Under the pieces are notes generated by a model. That model searched no databases. It was not told where the DNA came from and worked only from the letters and a program-made list of their open reading frames with translations. Position numbers and translations under genes: made by a program. A DNA stretch of 64,000 bases from an uncultured Candidatus Saccharibacteria bacterium (lineage in GTDB: Bacteria > Patescibacteriota > Saccharimonadia > Saccharimonadales > Saccharimonadaceae), in contig CAMYZS010000003.1 in the NCBI GenBank assembly GCA_947303945.1, positions 4,716-68,715 of the forward strand. Direction: 5' to 3'. This document shows, one piece after another, positions 55,885 to 64,000 of this stretch; positions within the stretch are counted from its first letter, which is position 1; each line of letters opens with the position of its first letter.

Positions 55885-56871
55885 ATGCAACCAAACAATA
55901 TGCAAGCCCAAACCGTCGCCCCCGTTCAGCAAAGCCCAGTAAACTATCAAGTTACTCCAACACCGCCGCCTGCAATCAAAAAAGCCAAGCCATTCGGAAT
56001 GATTTTTGCTATAATATTTTGTTTAATTTCGCTCGGACTAGTTATTTATATCGTAATTGATAAAACAAAGCCCCAAGACAAACCTATAGATACCTCTGCA
56101 ATAAGCGCCCCACTTTCGGTTCGCCTGTCCGAAATTACAATCCCAGACGACGCCGAGGCTGATGTCCTTAAAAATACTCTCGCCGGCCGCACGTTCACAG
56201 TCAACTCCACCTTTGATGAATATATTACTTTTACTAACGAATCCAAATACGAATTATCTTATTATCGCAACCCCACCGAGGACCGCCTCAAGCTTCAAGC
56301 TAGCACCGATCCAGGTACCTATACCGTAAGCGATAAAACCATAGCTCTCAGCAATGGCGAGACATTTCAAATTACTGGCGACTATTTAGTAAAAACCAAT
56401 AATAAAATCAGCAATAACAAGACCACCGTCTACTTTGATGCTCTTCAGCTCGATTCTATTATTCCAAATATTTCCATCGCTCTCAACACATATCTAAACA
56501 CTAATAAAAGCACTGACGCTCCAGACTTCGAGAAAATCCGTATTGACCGTTTTTATTGTCGCGCCGACTATTCCGTCAAGAAAATGACCAACGCCGATAG
56601 CTATCTATGCGACACATCATATAGCTACATATTTGACCAAACAAAACTTACTAATCAAATCAAAAAAGCAAAAGTTAAGGACTTCCCTGCCTATTGTGCA
56701 CTCAAAAAAAATCCATACCTCAACTATATTGTCGACGAAGGAGTGTGCACTAAAGACTTCACCATCTCAACTTGGGCATACGCAATTATTCGCACCGACA
56801 ATATCAGCTACCGCATCACCGGTATTTTTCGCACCATAGACGACTCCGCCGAAGCCATCCCGCGCTACTGA
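55885..56871 (+). CDS. Hypothetical membrane-anchored extracytoplasmic protein
   Basis: 328 aa with a Pro/Gln-rich N-terminus, then the TM FGMIFAIIFCLISLGLVIYIVI. No recognisable domain. Confidence 0.6.
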   Translation: MQPNNMQAQTVAPVQQSPVNYQVTPTPPPAIKKAKPFGMIFAIIFCLISLGLVIYIVIDKTKPQDKPIDTSAISAPLSVRLSEITIPDDAEADVLKNTLAGRTFTVNSTFDEYITFTNESKYELSYYRNPTEDRLKLQASTDPGTYTVSDKTIALSNGETFQITGDYLVKTNNKISNNKTTVYFDALQLDSIIPNISIALNTYLNTNKSTDAPDFEKIRIDRFYCRADYSVKKMTNADSYLCDTSYSYIFDQTKLTNQIKKAKVKDFPAYCALKKNPYLNYIVDEGVCTKDFTISTWAYAIIRTDNISYRITGIFRTIDDSAEAIPRY

Positions 56872-56911
56872 CCATTGAAAAAACAAGCATTTTATGATAT
56901 AATTAAAAAAT

Positions 56912-57643
56912 ATGAAGCTTTCTCGCTACAAGCATGACTCTCCTTTTTCTTACACGCTCGGCGCCACTCTTAGCTATGAACTGCTCAAAACTTCGCCAGA
57001 GCTTATTAGACGCATATTCTTGCGCCCAAACATCCAATTTGGTGACGATTTGACTAGAATCCTCAATGATTTTCATCAGCATCAAAAAGAAGTCATCGAA
57101 TCCAATAAAGCGTTCAATATATTAAACGCTAAAGACAACTGCCTCCTAATTGCCGAGTTTACAAAGCCATCGACGCCACTTAGCTACGATCAAGATCAGC
57201 CCCATATCGTACTCATTAATCCTTCCGACGCCGGAAATCTCGGCACTATCATACGCACTGCTGTCGCTTTTAATTTCTACAATATCGCCATTATCACCCC
57301 CGCCGTAGATCCATATCACCCAAAGACTATTCGCGCATCAATGGGTGCCATCTTCCACTTAAATATTAAACTGTTCGAAAGATTCGATGACTATCTACAA
57401 TCAGGCGCCAACTCGCGCGCACTTTATTCCTTTATGTTAAACCCCAACGCGCAAACTCTAGAATCAACCACTCAACCAACCGGCAATTATAGCCTCATCT
57501 TTGGCAATGAGGCCTCCGGGTTGCCACCCGAGTTCGCTCAAAAAACCAAGCCAATCTATATCCCGCAATCATCAAACGTTGATAGCCTTAATCTCTCTAT
57601 CGCCGTCGGCATTGCGCTCCATCACTTCAATAATCAATCATAA
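56912..57643 (+). CDS. TrmH/SpoU-family RNA 2'-O-methyltransferase
   Basis: 243 aa with SDAGNLGTIIRTA, LIFGNEASGLP and SLNLSIAVGIALH. Confidence 0.85.
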   Translation: MKLSRYKHDSPFSYTLGATLSYELLKTSPELIRRIFLRPNIQFGDDLTRILNDFHQHQKEVIESNKAFNILNAKDNCLLIAEFTKPSTPLSYDQDQPHIVLINPSDAGNLGTIIRTAVAFNFYNIAIITPAVDPYHPKTIRASMGAIFHLNIKLFERFDDYLQSGANSRALYSFMLNPNAQTLESTTQPTGNYSLIFGNEASGLPPEFAQKTKPIYIPQSSNVDSLNLSIAVGIALHHFNNQS

Positions 57644-57670
57644 ATATCCATCCTTATAAATGGATATTCT

Positions 57671-58762
57671 TCACTCATTCTCATTTGCGTCTGGGCTCGC
57701 CGTTGCCGGCGCCTCACCGCTTTGATCTATTTTTACATCAATTTTTTCAATAATCTTCCCCTCGTCACGCAACCTTTGAATCTCGTTATTGACTTTTGAA
57801 AAACGAATCGAGATTGTCTCATAGCTTACCTTATCCTTGTCTTTTTCAACTAAACGCACATAATAATAACCATCGCCATTCTTTGAAACAAAGCGCTCCG
57901 ATACGTCGCCTTTCTTCTCCAATTTCATCGCAACTTCTGCGCGTCCGCTATCTAGATTCGATATATCGACCGCATTGCTAGCAGCTTCATAGCTCACTAG
58001 ATCATTGTCCTTTAGAATATCGGCAACTTTCGAAAAATCGTTATTATTTTCACGCAACGCATCGTCAACTTCATTGGCCGCCTTCTTTGCTTCGTCGTCA
58101 ATCTCAATCGATAGCTTACGCTTCGCGAGCGACAACATAATCAAACGTCGATATTCCGAAATACTCAAGTTAAAGTTATCCCTAACTATTCCCTCAAATG
58201 CTTCATCGCCACGCTTCTCGCCGCCAATACTCTTATGACTATCAATAACTTCGTCAATCTCTGAAGTTGAGACCGTTAAATCGCGAGCCTCCAACTCTGC
58301 CAATACATACGCATACATTTCTGCGTCATTTAGTGCTTGGCGCTTATAAAACAGCTTCTGCGCCCTCACCTCTTCATTGCTATCATCAAGCTTACCTTGC
58401 TGGCGTTCGATTGAAGTGATACTACTTCGATACAACATCAAATAATCACTATATAAAACCTTATGGCCGTCAATCTCCGCAACCGGCAATCCTAGCACTT
58501 TCGTAAAACGATATGCAACGTCGCCAGTATTTTGAGCTCTATATAACTGATGCCAGCCGATACTAATAAATGTCGCAATCGCCACAATTGCAATCACGAT
58601 TGTCGATGCTACGATTTTATGTTTCGCATACTGAAATGGGTATTTAAACTTTTTACCCTTAGCTAAAATCTCTTCGCGACTTTCCTCTAGGTTCTGTTGC
58701 GTTATATTAATATCTTTTTTCTCAGAGCGACGCTCTTTGATATTCTTAATTAACTTGTTCAT
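57671..58762 (-). CDS. SurA/PpiD N-terminal-domain-like membrane-anchored chaperone (no obvious PPIase domain)
   Basis: 363 aa with a single TM (VASTIVIAIVAIATFISI), followed by a helical domain resembling the SurA_N/PrsA N-terminal region. Confidence 0.45.
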   Translation of the reverse strand: MNKLIKNIKERRSEKKDINITQQNLEESREEILAKGKKFKYPFQYAKHKIVASTIVIAIVAIATFISIGWHQLYRAQNTGDVAYRFTKVLGLPVAEIDGHKVLYSDYLMLYRSSITSIERQQGKLDDSNEEVRAQKLFYKRQALNDAEMYAYVLAELEARDLTVSTSEIDEVIDSHKSIGGEKRGDEAFEGIVRDNFNLSISEYRRLIMLSLAKRKLSIEIDDEAKKAANEVDDALRENNNDFSKVADILKDNDLVSYEAASNAVDISNLDSGRAEVAMKLEKKGDVSERFVSKNGDGYYYVRLVEKDKDKVSYETISIRFSKVNNEIQRLRDEGKIIEKIDVKIDQSGEAPATASPDANENE

Positions 58763-58764
58763 AC

Positions 58765-59253
58765 TTATTCTTTAGGGCGCATATCATGCCGCGCATTCTC
58801 TATTTCATTATACACTTTTTCAGGATGGCTCACCATGCTTAGTACTAAATCACCAGCACCTGTCTGTATTAGAATCGTTCCATAATTAAATATAGAGCCA
58901 AACACGCCAGGCACCCCAAACGAAGCGCTCTGAATATTTTCTAAGCTCAAATCCACCACAGTCTTCTTAAATAGGCCCTTTTGCCTAGTCTGACGCAAAC
59001 GCTGATTCGTAACAATATAAAAGCTAAAATACCATAACAAATAACTATAGCCAAAGCCTAGCAACCCTAACATCACAAAGCCCATCCATACAAACACCAT
59101 ATTTTGATTATCAGGCCATATCAAGATTGGCACAAACCCTACCGCCACCATAAAAAACAGAAAGAATAGCCCTTTGACCGACGTCAGAATATGGCGTCGA
59201 AAAACATAAATCACTTCTTCCCCCTGACGCTGACCTTCAAACGTAGTCGCCAT
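58765..59253 (-). CDS. Bacterial PH-domain (bPH_2/YdbS-like) membrane protein
   Basis: 162 aa with two TM helices, then a short soluble domain (TNQRLRQTRQKGLFKKTVVDLSLENIQS). Confidence 0.5.
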   Translation of the reverse strand: MATTFEGQRQGEEVIYVFRRHILTSVKGLFFLFFMVAVGFVPILIWPDNQNMVFVWMGFVMLGLLGFGYSYLLWYFSFYIVTNQRLRQTRQKGLFKKTVVDLSLENIQSASFGVPGVFGSIFNYGTILIQTGAGDLVLSMVSHPEKVYNEIENARHDMRPKE

Positions 59254-59313
59254 ATCTATATTCTACCATAAGCAACAAAACAAGAAAAAACGCGACATAC
59301 GCGCAATTTCTCA

Positions 59314-59389
59314 TGGTAGCCCAGGAGCGAGTCGAACGCACAACCTTCTCCTTAGGACGGAGCTGCTCTATCCATTGAGCTACTGGGCC
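59314..59389 (-). tRNA. tRNA-Arg (anticodon CCU), CCA encoded
   Basis: Minus strand reads GGCCCAGTAGCTCAATGGATAGAGCAGCTCCGTCCTAAGGAGAAGGTTGTGCGTTCGACTCGCTCCTGGGCTACCA. There is one mismatch in each of the T and anticodon stems. Confidence 0.8.
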
Positions 59390-59539
59390 AACATCTTCAT
59401 TTTAGCACATCGTTTCATTATCTATATCCAGAATCACCCCTAATATGTTCGCCATTTCTCATACCAACAATATAGCACGGACCAAACAACAAAATGCGCC
59501 CCCGATAATACGAAGACGCATTTATAGAGCTACTTTTAT

Positions 59540-60154
59540 TTAACGCGTAAACTTTTCACTCAAGGTATGATACATATGAATCTCCTCAGGCTTAAACCAG
59601 TATGAAACTTCAGCATTCGCTTCATCAGGATTACCGGAAGCATGAATTAGGTTCGGCACCGCCTCATCGTGCGCATCAGCATAACCAAAAGAAATATGCG
59701 CATAATCGCCACGAATCGTACCCATGTCAGCCGCCATCGGTTCAGTCGAACCGACCATTTTTCGCACAAGCGGCACAGCCTCTACGCCTTCGAGTACCAT
59801 CGCAATCACTGGACCAGAAGTCATAAATTTTAGAGTAATATCAAAGGTCTTCTGGCCACGGCGCGAAATCATCTTCGATATACCCTCATAGTGCTGATAA
59901 TAATGATCCTTATCCGGGTTCACCATCTTAGCACCTACAATTTTCAAACCGACTCGTTCAAAACGGCTTAATATCTCACCCACAATTCCACGCTGCACCG
60001 CATCTGGCTTAAATACCACCAAAGTACGCTGGACTAAACCATTTGGATTATTATCTTTTGTAAAGCCAACATTCGAAGCAGTTACTTCTGCTGCTTCATT
60101 TTTTTTCTTTTCAGCTTCTTTCTTATCTACCATATTTTTCTCCCTTTTCAACAT
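59540..60154 (-). CDS. ndk: Nucleoside-diphosphate kinase (with an N-terminal extension of about 40 aa)
   Basis: 204 aa with RTLVVFKPDAVQRGIVGEILSRFERVGLKIVGAKM and the active-site NLIHASG. Confidence 0.9.
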   Translation of the reverse strand: MLKREKNMVDKKEAEKKKNEAAEVTASNVGFTKDNNPNGLVQRTLVVFKPDAVQRGIVGEILSRFERVGLKIVGAKMVNPDKDHYYQHYEGISKMISRRGQKTFDITLKFMTSGPVIAMVLEGVEAVPLVRKMVGSTEPMAADMGTIRGDYAHISFGYADAHDEAVPNLIHASGNPDEANAEVSYWFKPEEIHMYHTLSEKFTR

Positions 60155-60177
60155 TATATACCAAATAAGGTCCTTTA

Positions 60178-61134
60178 CTATGCTTTATCTGTTTTTCTCT
60201 CAACATCACTATGAAACTTTTCATGTATTTCCCGCAGATGCGGGTCTGTTACATGTGTATATATTTGCGTTGTCGAAATATTTGAGTGTCCCAACAAAGA
60301 TTGTACCGAACGCAAATCCGCCCCATTCATTAGTAAATCAGTCGCAAACGAATGGCGCAAAGTGTGCGGCGTTACATGTTTCGTAATACCAGCCGCTCGT
60401 ACATATTTATTTATTATCCTCTCCACACTTCGCGAAGATAGCCTCCGATAATCTCCAGAAGTCCCCACCGCCGGCTGATTACGCGAGTTATTCAAAAACA
60501 AAGCCGGCAAACTATCCTTGCGTTCATCTAAATAATCCCTTACCGCATCTGCCGCCGATTGCGACACAAACACGGGGCGATCTTTTTGCCCTTTTCCGCG
60601 CACCATAAACTCGCGTCGTTCCAGGTTTATATGATCACGGTTTAAATTAGTTAACTCCGACACACGCAAGCCGGTCGAGAACAATAATTCAAATATCGCC
60701 CGATCCCGCAAACCGTCTTCAGTGTCTAACGGAATCTCTGCCAGTATTCGGTCTATTTCGTCGATATGTAAAAAGGTCACCTGCGATCGATGCGTACGTG
60801 GCAATTCGACTAAAACCGGATCTAGTGACTTGATGTTTCGTTTCGCTAAATATTTCAGAAACCCACGTAATGCTATTAGATGATAATTTTGCGTCATTAC
60901 AGATAACCCTTTGTCGCGCTCAGTTTGGTACCGATTCAACCATAAACGATATTTTCGTAGCCATTCCGCCGTAATTTCAGATGGCCTCAAATCGTCTTCA
61001 GGGTTCGTCTCTTGGCTAAATTCAACCACTCGCGACAAGTATAGCTCATAGTTTCGCGTCGTATATCGACTGCGACCATTCTCAACTTCTAACGATTCCA
61101 AAAAATCATTAATTAAATCCGATACGTACATCAA
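60178..61134 (-). CDS. Tyrosine recombinase XerC/XerD family
   Basis: 318 aa with GLRVSEL, HTLRHSFATDLLMNGADLRSVQSLLGHSNISTTQIYTHV. Confidence 0.88.
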   Translation of the reverse strand: MMYVSDLINDFLESLEVENGRSRYTTRNYELYLSRVVEFSQETNPEDDLRPSEITAEWLRKYRLWLNRYQTERDKGLSVMTQNYHLIALRGFLKYLAKRNIKSLDPVLVELPRTHRSQVTFLHIDEIDRILAEIPLDTEDGLRDRAIFELLFSTGLRVSELTNLNRDHINLERREFMVRGKGQKDRPVFVSQSAADAVRDYLDERKDSLPALFLNNSRNQPAVGTSGDYRRLSSRSVERIINKYVRAAGITKHVTPHTLRHSFATDLLMNGADLRSVQSLLGHSNISTTQIYTHVTDPHLREIHEKFHSDVERKTDKA

Positions 61135-61994
61135 ACCACAATCAAATTAAGAATTTGCGTTTGCAGAAAAAACACAACTAAAAACCCTAAAATCAAAAAT
61201 GGACCAAACGGAATTGCAGTTTTTGCCCCCTTCTTTTTTAACAATACCGGTATCGACGCGAAACTCCCTATTATATTCGCCGCAAATAACGCACATAATG
61301 ATAACCAAAAGTTCCCCAATATCAACGCCAATGATATGCATAAAATCCAATCACCACCACCAACCCACGATTCATTGCTAACTCTATACATTAAATAATA
61401 AAAGCCCGGCAATACCACTAGAGCCCCCGCTAGACTCAACCAATTGAAACTATTGCCCATTCCATAAGTCATAGCCACATCTATTCCGCAAAAAATCATC
61501 GCAATTATCGCCGCCGCCACCATTAACCCAACTGGCAACTCTTTCCATTTTGCATCATAAACAAATAAAACCAATAACACAACAAGTTCAACTAAGAATA
61601 ATCCAAACCTCAGAATCTCTGCCAAACCAAACCACATTAAAGCTTCCCGCGCTGGCCATAGCCAAAAACTAACCACAAACACAACTCCTAATCCAACTTC
61701 CGATAAGAATTCCGACCAACCAATCGGCTTTCGACACTTGCGACATTTTCCGCCCAGCATCAACCAACTAATCACCGGTATATTGTCATACCATCGCAAA
61801 CAGTATTTACATTTTTCACAATGCGACCATTTTGATTTGTCTTTATCGTGAATCCGCCACGCCTGACAACAGGCAAAAGATCCTAGCGTTGCGCCTAAAA
61901 TAAAAAACAATATAATTACGCCTACGCTTTCCATACTACCTATATTACCACAAAAAGAAGCCCCTTCTAGGGGCTCCTTTTGAATATCTAGCAA
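61131..61994 (-). CDS. pilD: Prepilin peptidase (A24 family)
   Basis: 287 aa. It has N-terminal Cys pairs (CCQAW...CEKCKY...CRKC), a polytopic body and the GGGDWIL motif. Confidence 0.88.
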   Translation of the reverse strand: MLDIQKEPLEGASFCGNIGSMESVGVIILFFILGATLGSFACCQAWRIHDKDKSKWSHCEKCKYCLRWYDNIPVISWLMLGGKCRKCRKPIGWSEFLSEVGLGVVFVVSFWLWPAREALMWFGLAEILRFGLFLVELVVLLVLFVYDAKWKELPVGLMVAAAIIAMIFCGIDVAMTYGMGNSFNWLSLAGALVVLPGFYYLMYRVSNESWVGGGDWILCISLALILGNFWLSLCALFAANIIGSFASIPVLLKKKGAKTAIPFGPFLILGFLVVFFLQTQILNLIVV

Positions 61995-61997
61995 ATA

Positions 61998-62549
61998 TTA
62001 GTGATTATCATTACAAGCGATAGCACCACCTTCTAGCTTCATGAAGACGGCAACGTCGCGATCACCAGTACCGGAATTAGTCTTACCTTCATCGCCACAA
62101 GTAGCATTGTAGTAACCGTAGAAGTTCTTCTCTTTAAGACCACTCGAGATATCAGTTCCATTAGTAGCTTTACCTTTGTCGCTCATACCATAAGTATCAC
62201 CCTGCGGATCTCGGAACTCATTCGAGCCAGCATCACAAGTATAGCCATGCGCAGTTGTATCGCCATTAGCGCCACCAGTCTTAGGATCACAGGTCTTATC
62301 AAGATAACGTTTTACGAAATTGTCAACATTACCACTAGTACCATCAAATGGAACCTTACCATTATTATTTGCTTGATATTGATTTACTGCCGTAAGTACG
62401 CGAGCTAGATCATCTTCGCGCTGAGTATTACGTTGCGAACGCTGCAAAGCAGGAAGCGCAATAAACACCATCAAGAAGATAAGACCCGCAATTGCAAGTA
62501 CCAAGACTACCTCAATGATCGTAAAGCCTTTTTTATTTTTTGTTGTCAT
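61998..62549 (-). CDS. Type IV pilin (prepilin-type N-terminal cleavage/methylation domain)
   Basis: 183 aa, MTTKNKKG/FTIIEVVLVLAIAGLIFLMVF, with Cys pairs in the C-terminal globular part. Confidence 0.9.
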   Translation of the reverse strand: MTTKNKKGFTIIEVVLVLAIAGLIFLMVFIALPALQRSQRNTQREDDLARVLTAVNQYQANNNGKVPFDGTSGNVDNFVKRYLDKTCDPKTGGANGDTTAHGYTCDAGSNEFRDPQGDTYGMSDKGKATNGTDISSGLKEKNFYGYYNATCGDEGKTNSGTGDRDVAVFMKLEGGAIACNDNH

Positions 62550-62644
62550 TTTATGCTCCTTTTTTATTTTTGCACCAGCAATTGCCCTTTGGCTACTAGG
62601 AAACCTTCCTAGTCATTGCCGAGTGCAAAATTGCATCTAACCCT

Positions 62645-62673
62645 AATATACATAATCCTTATGCTAAAATCAA
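62645..62673 (-). promoter_or_regulatory. Candidate promoter of the major pilin gene
   Basis: Minus strand reads TTGATT (62673-62668), 17 nt, TATATT (62650-62645), leaving a hairpin-rich 5' UTR of about 90 nt. Confidence 0.45.
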
Positions 62674-62712
62674 GCTTAATTTTTTTCGCTCAAAGTCACA
62701 CTCTTATTACTG

Positions 62713-63912
62713 CTAACCAATCGAGTTGACGAGCGAGTAAATCGGAAACAGTACACCACCTACCAAAAGCCCAGCAACCACCGCTAGCATTATCATCATC
62801 AAAGGCTCAATCATCGCCGAAATCGTCGCAATCTTCTCATCTAGCTCATCTTCAAACACTTGCGCCGCCTTACCGAGCATTTCGTCCATCTTACCAGACT
62901 GTTCGCCAATCGCCGCCATCTGATAAACTAAGGGCATAATATAATCTTGTTCTTTCAAAGCGTCCGACATCGTTCGTCCCGATTGCACCTTCTCCGCCGC
63001 TTTATCTATGTTCTCCTGCACAACCACATTCGCCGTCGATTCGCCCGCAATATGCATCGTATCTAGCACTGCTACTCCAGTAGATAGCAGGATTTGCGAA
63101 ATCCTCGAAAAACGCGACATATACAAAATCCTAAACAACCCATTAAACATTGGAATATTCAACTTTACCGTCGCCAACACCTTAATGCCACCTTCTGTCT
63201 TTTTCCATTGCATAAAGAACGCAACAAGAACGACTAATATTACTAGAACAAGCCACCACATATTCAATAAGAAATCTTTTATTCCAACCATAATAACCGT
63301 CAATACTGGCAGTTTTTCGCCAAGATCGTTATATAACGATTCAACATGTGGAACAACTTCAAGCATCATATAAATAAAGACAACTATAATAACGCCCAAA
63401 GTGATTAACGGCATCGCTAACGCGCTTTTAATCTTACTTAGCATCCTTTGATCTTTTTCTTCCTGATCCGCAATTCTTCGCAAACTCTGGTCAAGAGTAC
63501 CCGAAGCCTCACCCGCTTTAATCAATGATAGATATACTTTATTAAACACGTCTGGGTGTTTCTCAAAAGCCGAACTCAATGAACGGCCTGCTTCGATATC
63601 GGCTAATATTTCCTCGATAATCGCTTTCATTGCCTTATTATCGGTCTGCTCACTCACCGTACGCATCGCCTGCGCAATCGGCAAACCCGCACCCACCAAA
63701 GTTGCAAACTGGCGCGTAAAATTAATACGGTCTTTTGCTGTAACTTTATTCATCTTTTCGGCCAAGCCGCCACCCTCTTCCTTCAGAACCTCGGGCACAT
63801 AGCCGCGATCCACCAACAGCTTGCCAGCCACACGTTCAGTCTCGGCCTGAATTGTGCCTTTAATAACCCTACCCGTACTCTGCTCTTTCGCTTTGTAGGT
63901 AAAACGTTTCAT
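62713..63912 (-). CDS. pilC: Type IV pilus platform protein (GspF/PilC family)
   Basis: 399 aa with two T2SS-F repeats (INFTRQFATLVGAGLPI... and RFSRISQILLSTGVAVL...) and 3 TM segments. Confidence 0.9.
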   Translation of the reverse strand: MKRFTYKAKEQSTGRVIKGTIQAETERVAGKLLVDRGYVPEVLKEEGGGLAEKMNKVTAKDRINFTRQFATLVGAGLPIAQAMRTVSEQTDNKAMKAIIEEILADIEAGRSLSSAFEKHPDVFNKVYLSLIKAGEASGTLDQSLRRIADQEEKDQRMLSKIKSALAMPLITLGVIIVVFIYMMLEVVPHVESLYNDLGEKLPVLTVIMVGIKDFLLNMWWLVLVILVVLVAFFMQWKKTEGGIKVLATVKLNIPMFNGLFRILYMSRFSRISQILLSTGVAVLDTMHIAGESTANVVVQENIDKAAEKVQSGRTMSDALKEQDYIMPLVYQMAAIGEQSGKMDEMLGKAAQVFEDELDEKIATISAMIEPLMMIMLAVVAGLLVGGVLFPIYSLVNSIG

Positions 63913-64000
63913 CCGCGCGCTAGCCTTTCAAACTCTTGCAAATCAACCGCGAATTCGCGTGCATTATCATACGTGATTACGCCTGTCTGAATTAGCTTTA
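63909..64000 (-). CDS. PilT-like type IV pilus ATPase, C-terminal 30 codons only (5' end beyond the window)
   Basis: The minus frame reads KLIQTGVITYDNAREFAVDLQEFERLARG*. Its TGA overlaps the pilC ATG (ATGA). It is not in the ORF track because it is open to the window edge. Confidence 0.6.
   Translation of the reverse strand, partial: KLIQTGVITYDNAREFAVDLQEFERLARG

Overview
This 64 kb window comes from a small, gene-dense bacterial genome that I assign to Saccharibacteria/TM7 (CPR/Patescibacteria). The 16S gene (2831-4338, minus) exactly matches what I recall as the TM7-specific probe targets TM7567 (3762-3781) and TM7905 (3419-3440). TGA is a normal stop here (ATGA stop/start overlaps at pilT/pilC and znuB/next gene), so the code is the standard bacterial one. 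Most content is housekeeping: an SF2 helicase open to the window edge and missing from the ORF track, a stand-alone 16S rRNA, vapBC, gyrB-gyrA, tmRNA, comM, infC-rpmI-rplT, RNase P RNA, rpmB, miaA, efp, rpsF-ssb-rpsR, pcrA, thrS, six tRNAs, ndk, xerC/D-like, and a type IV pilus block (pilT-pilC-pilin-pilD). Accessory content includes a TraD/VirD4-like membrane ATPase operon, a cell-surface island after tRNA-Ala, and a visibly more AT-rich block. The island holds a hexapeptide-repeat protein flanked by ~100 nt direct repeats, gene remnants, a pilin / SipA-like / class-B sortase cassette, a processive GT2 and a beta-helix surface protein. The AT-rich block carries zur-znuACB fused into one operon with a short UvrA paralogue. 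Four items deserve a second look. (1) A ~1 kb GC-rich, ORF-poor, hairpin-dense unit between gyrA and vapBC, bounded by a near-consensus promoter and an intrinsic terminator, is a candidate large structured ncRNA I cannot assign to a known family. (2) The sortase and its adjacent pilin are each full length but carry exactly one in-frame TGA. (3) The 16S unit is unlinked, with its own processing stem and terminator. (4) A free-standing promoter-terminator unit of ~120 nt is a candidate sRNA. No CRISPR array, transposase or intact prophage was seen.
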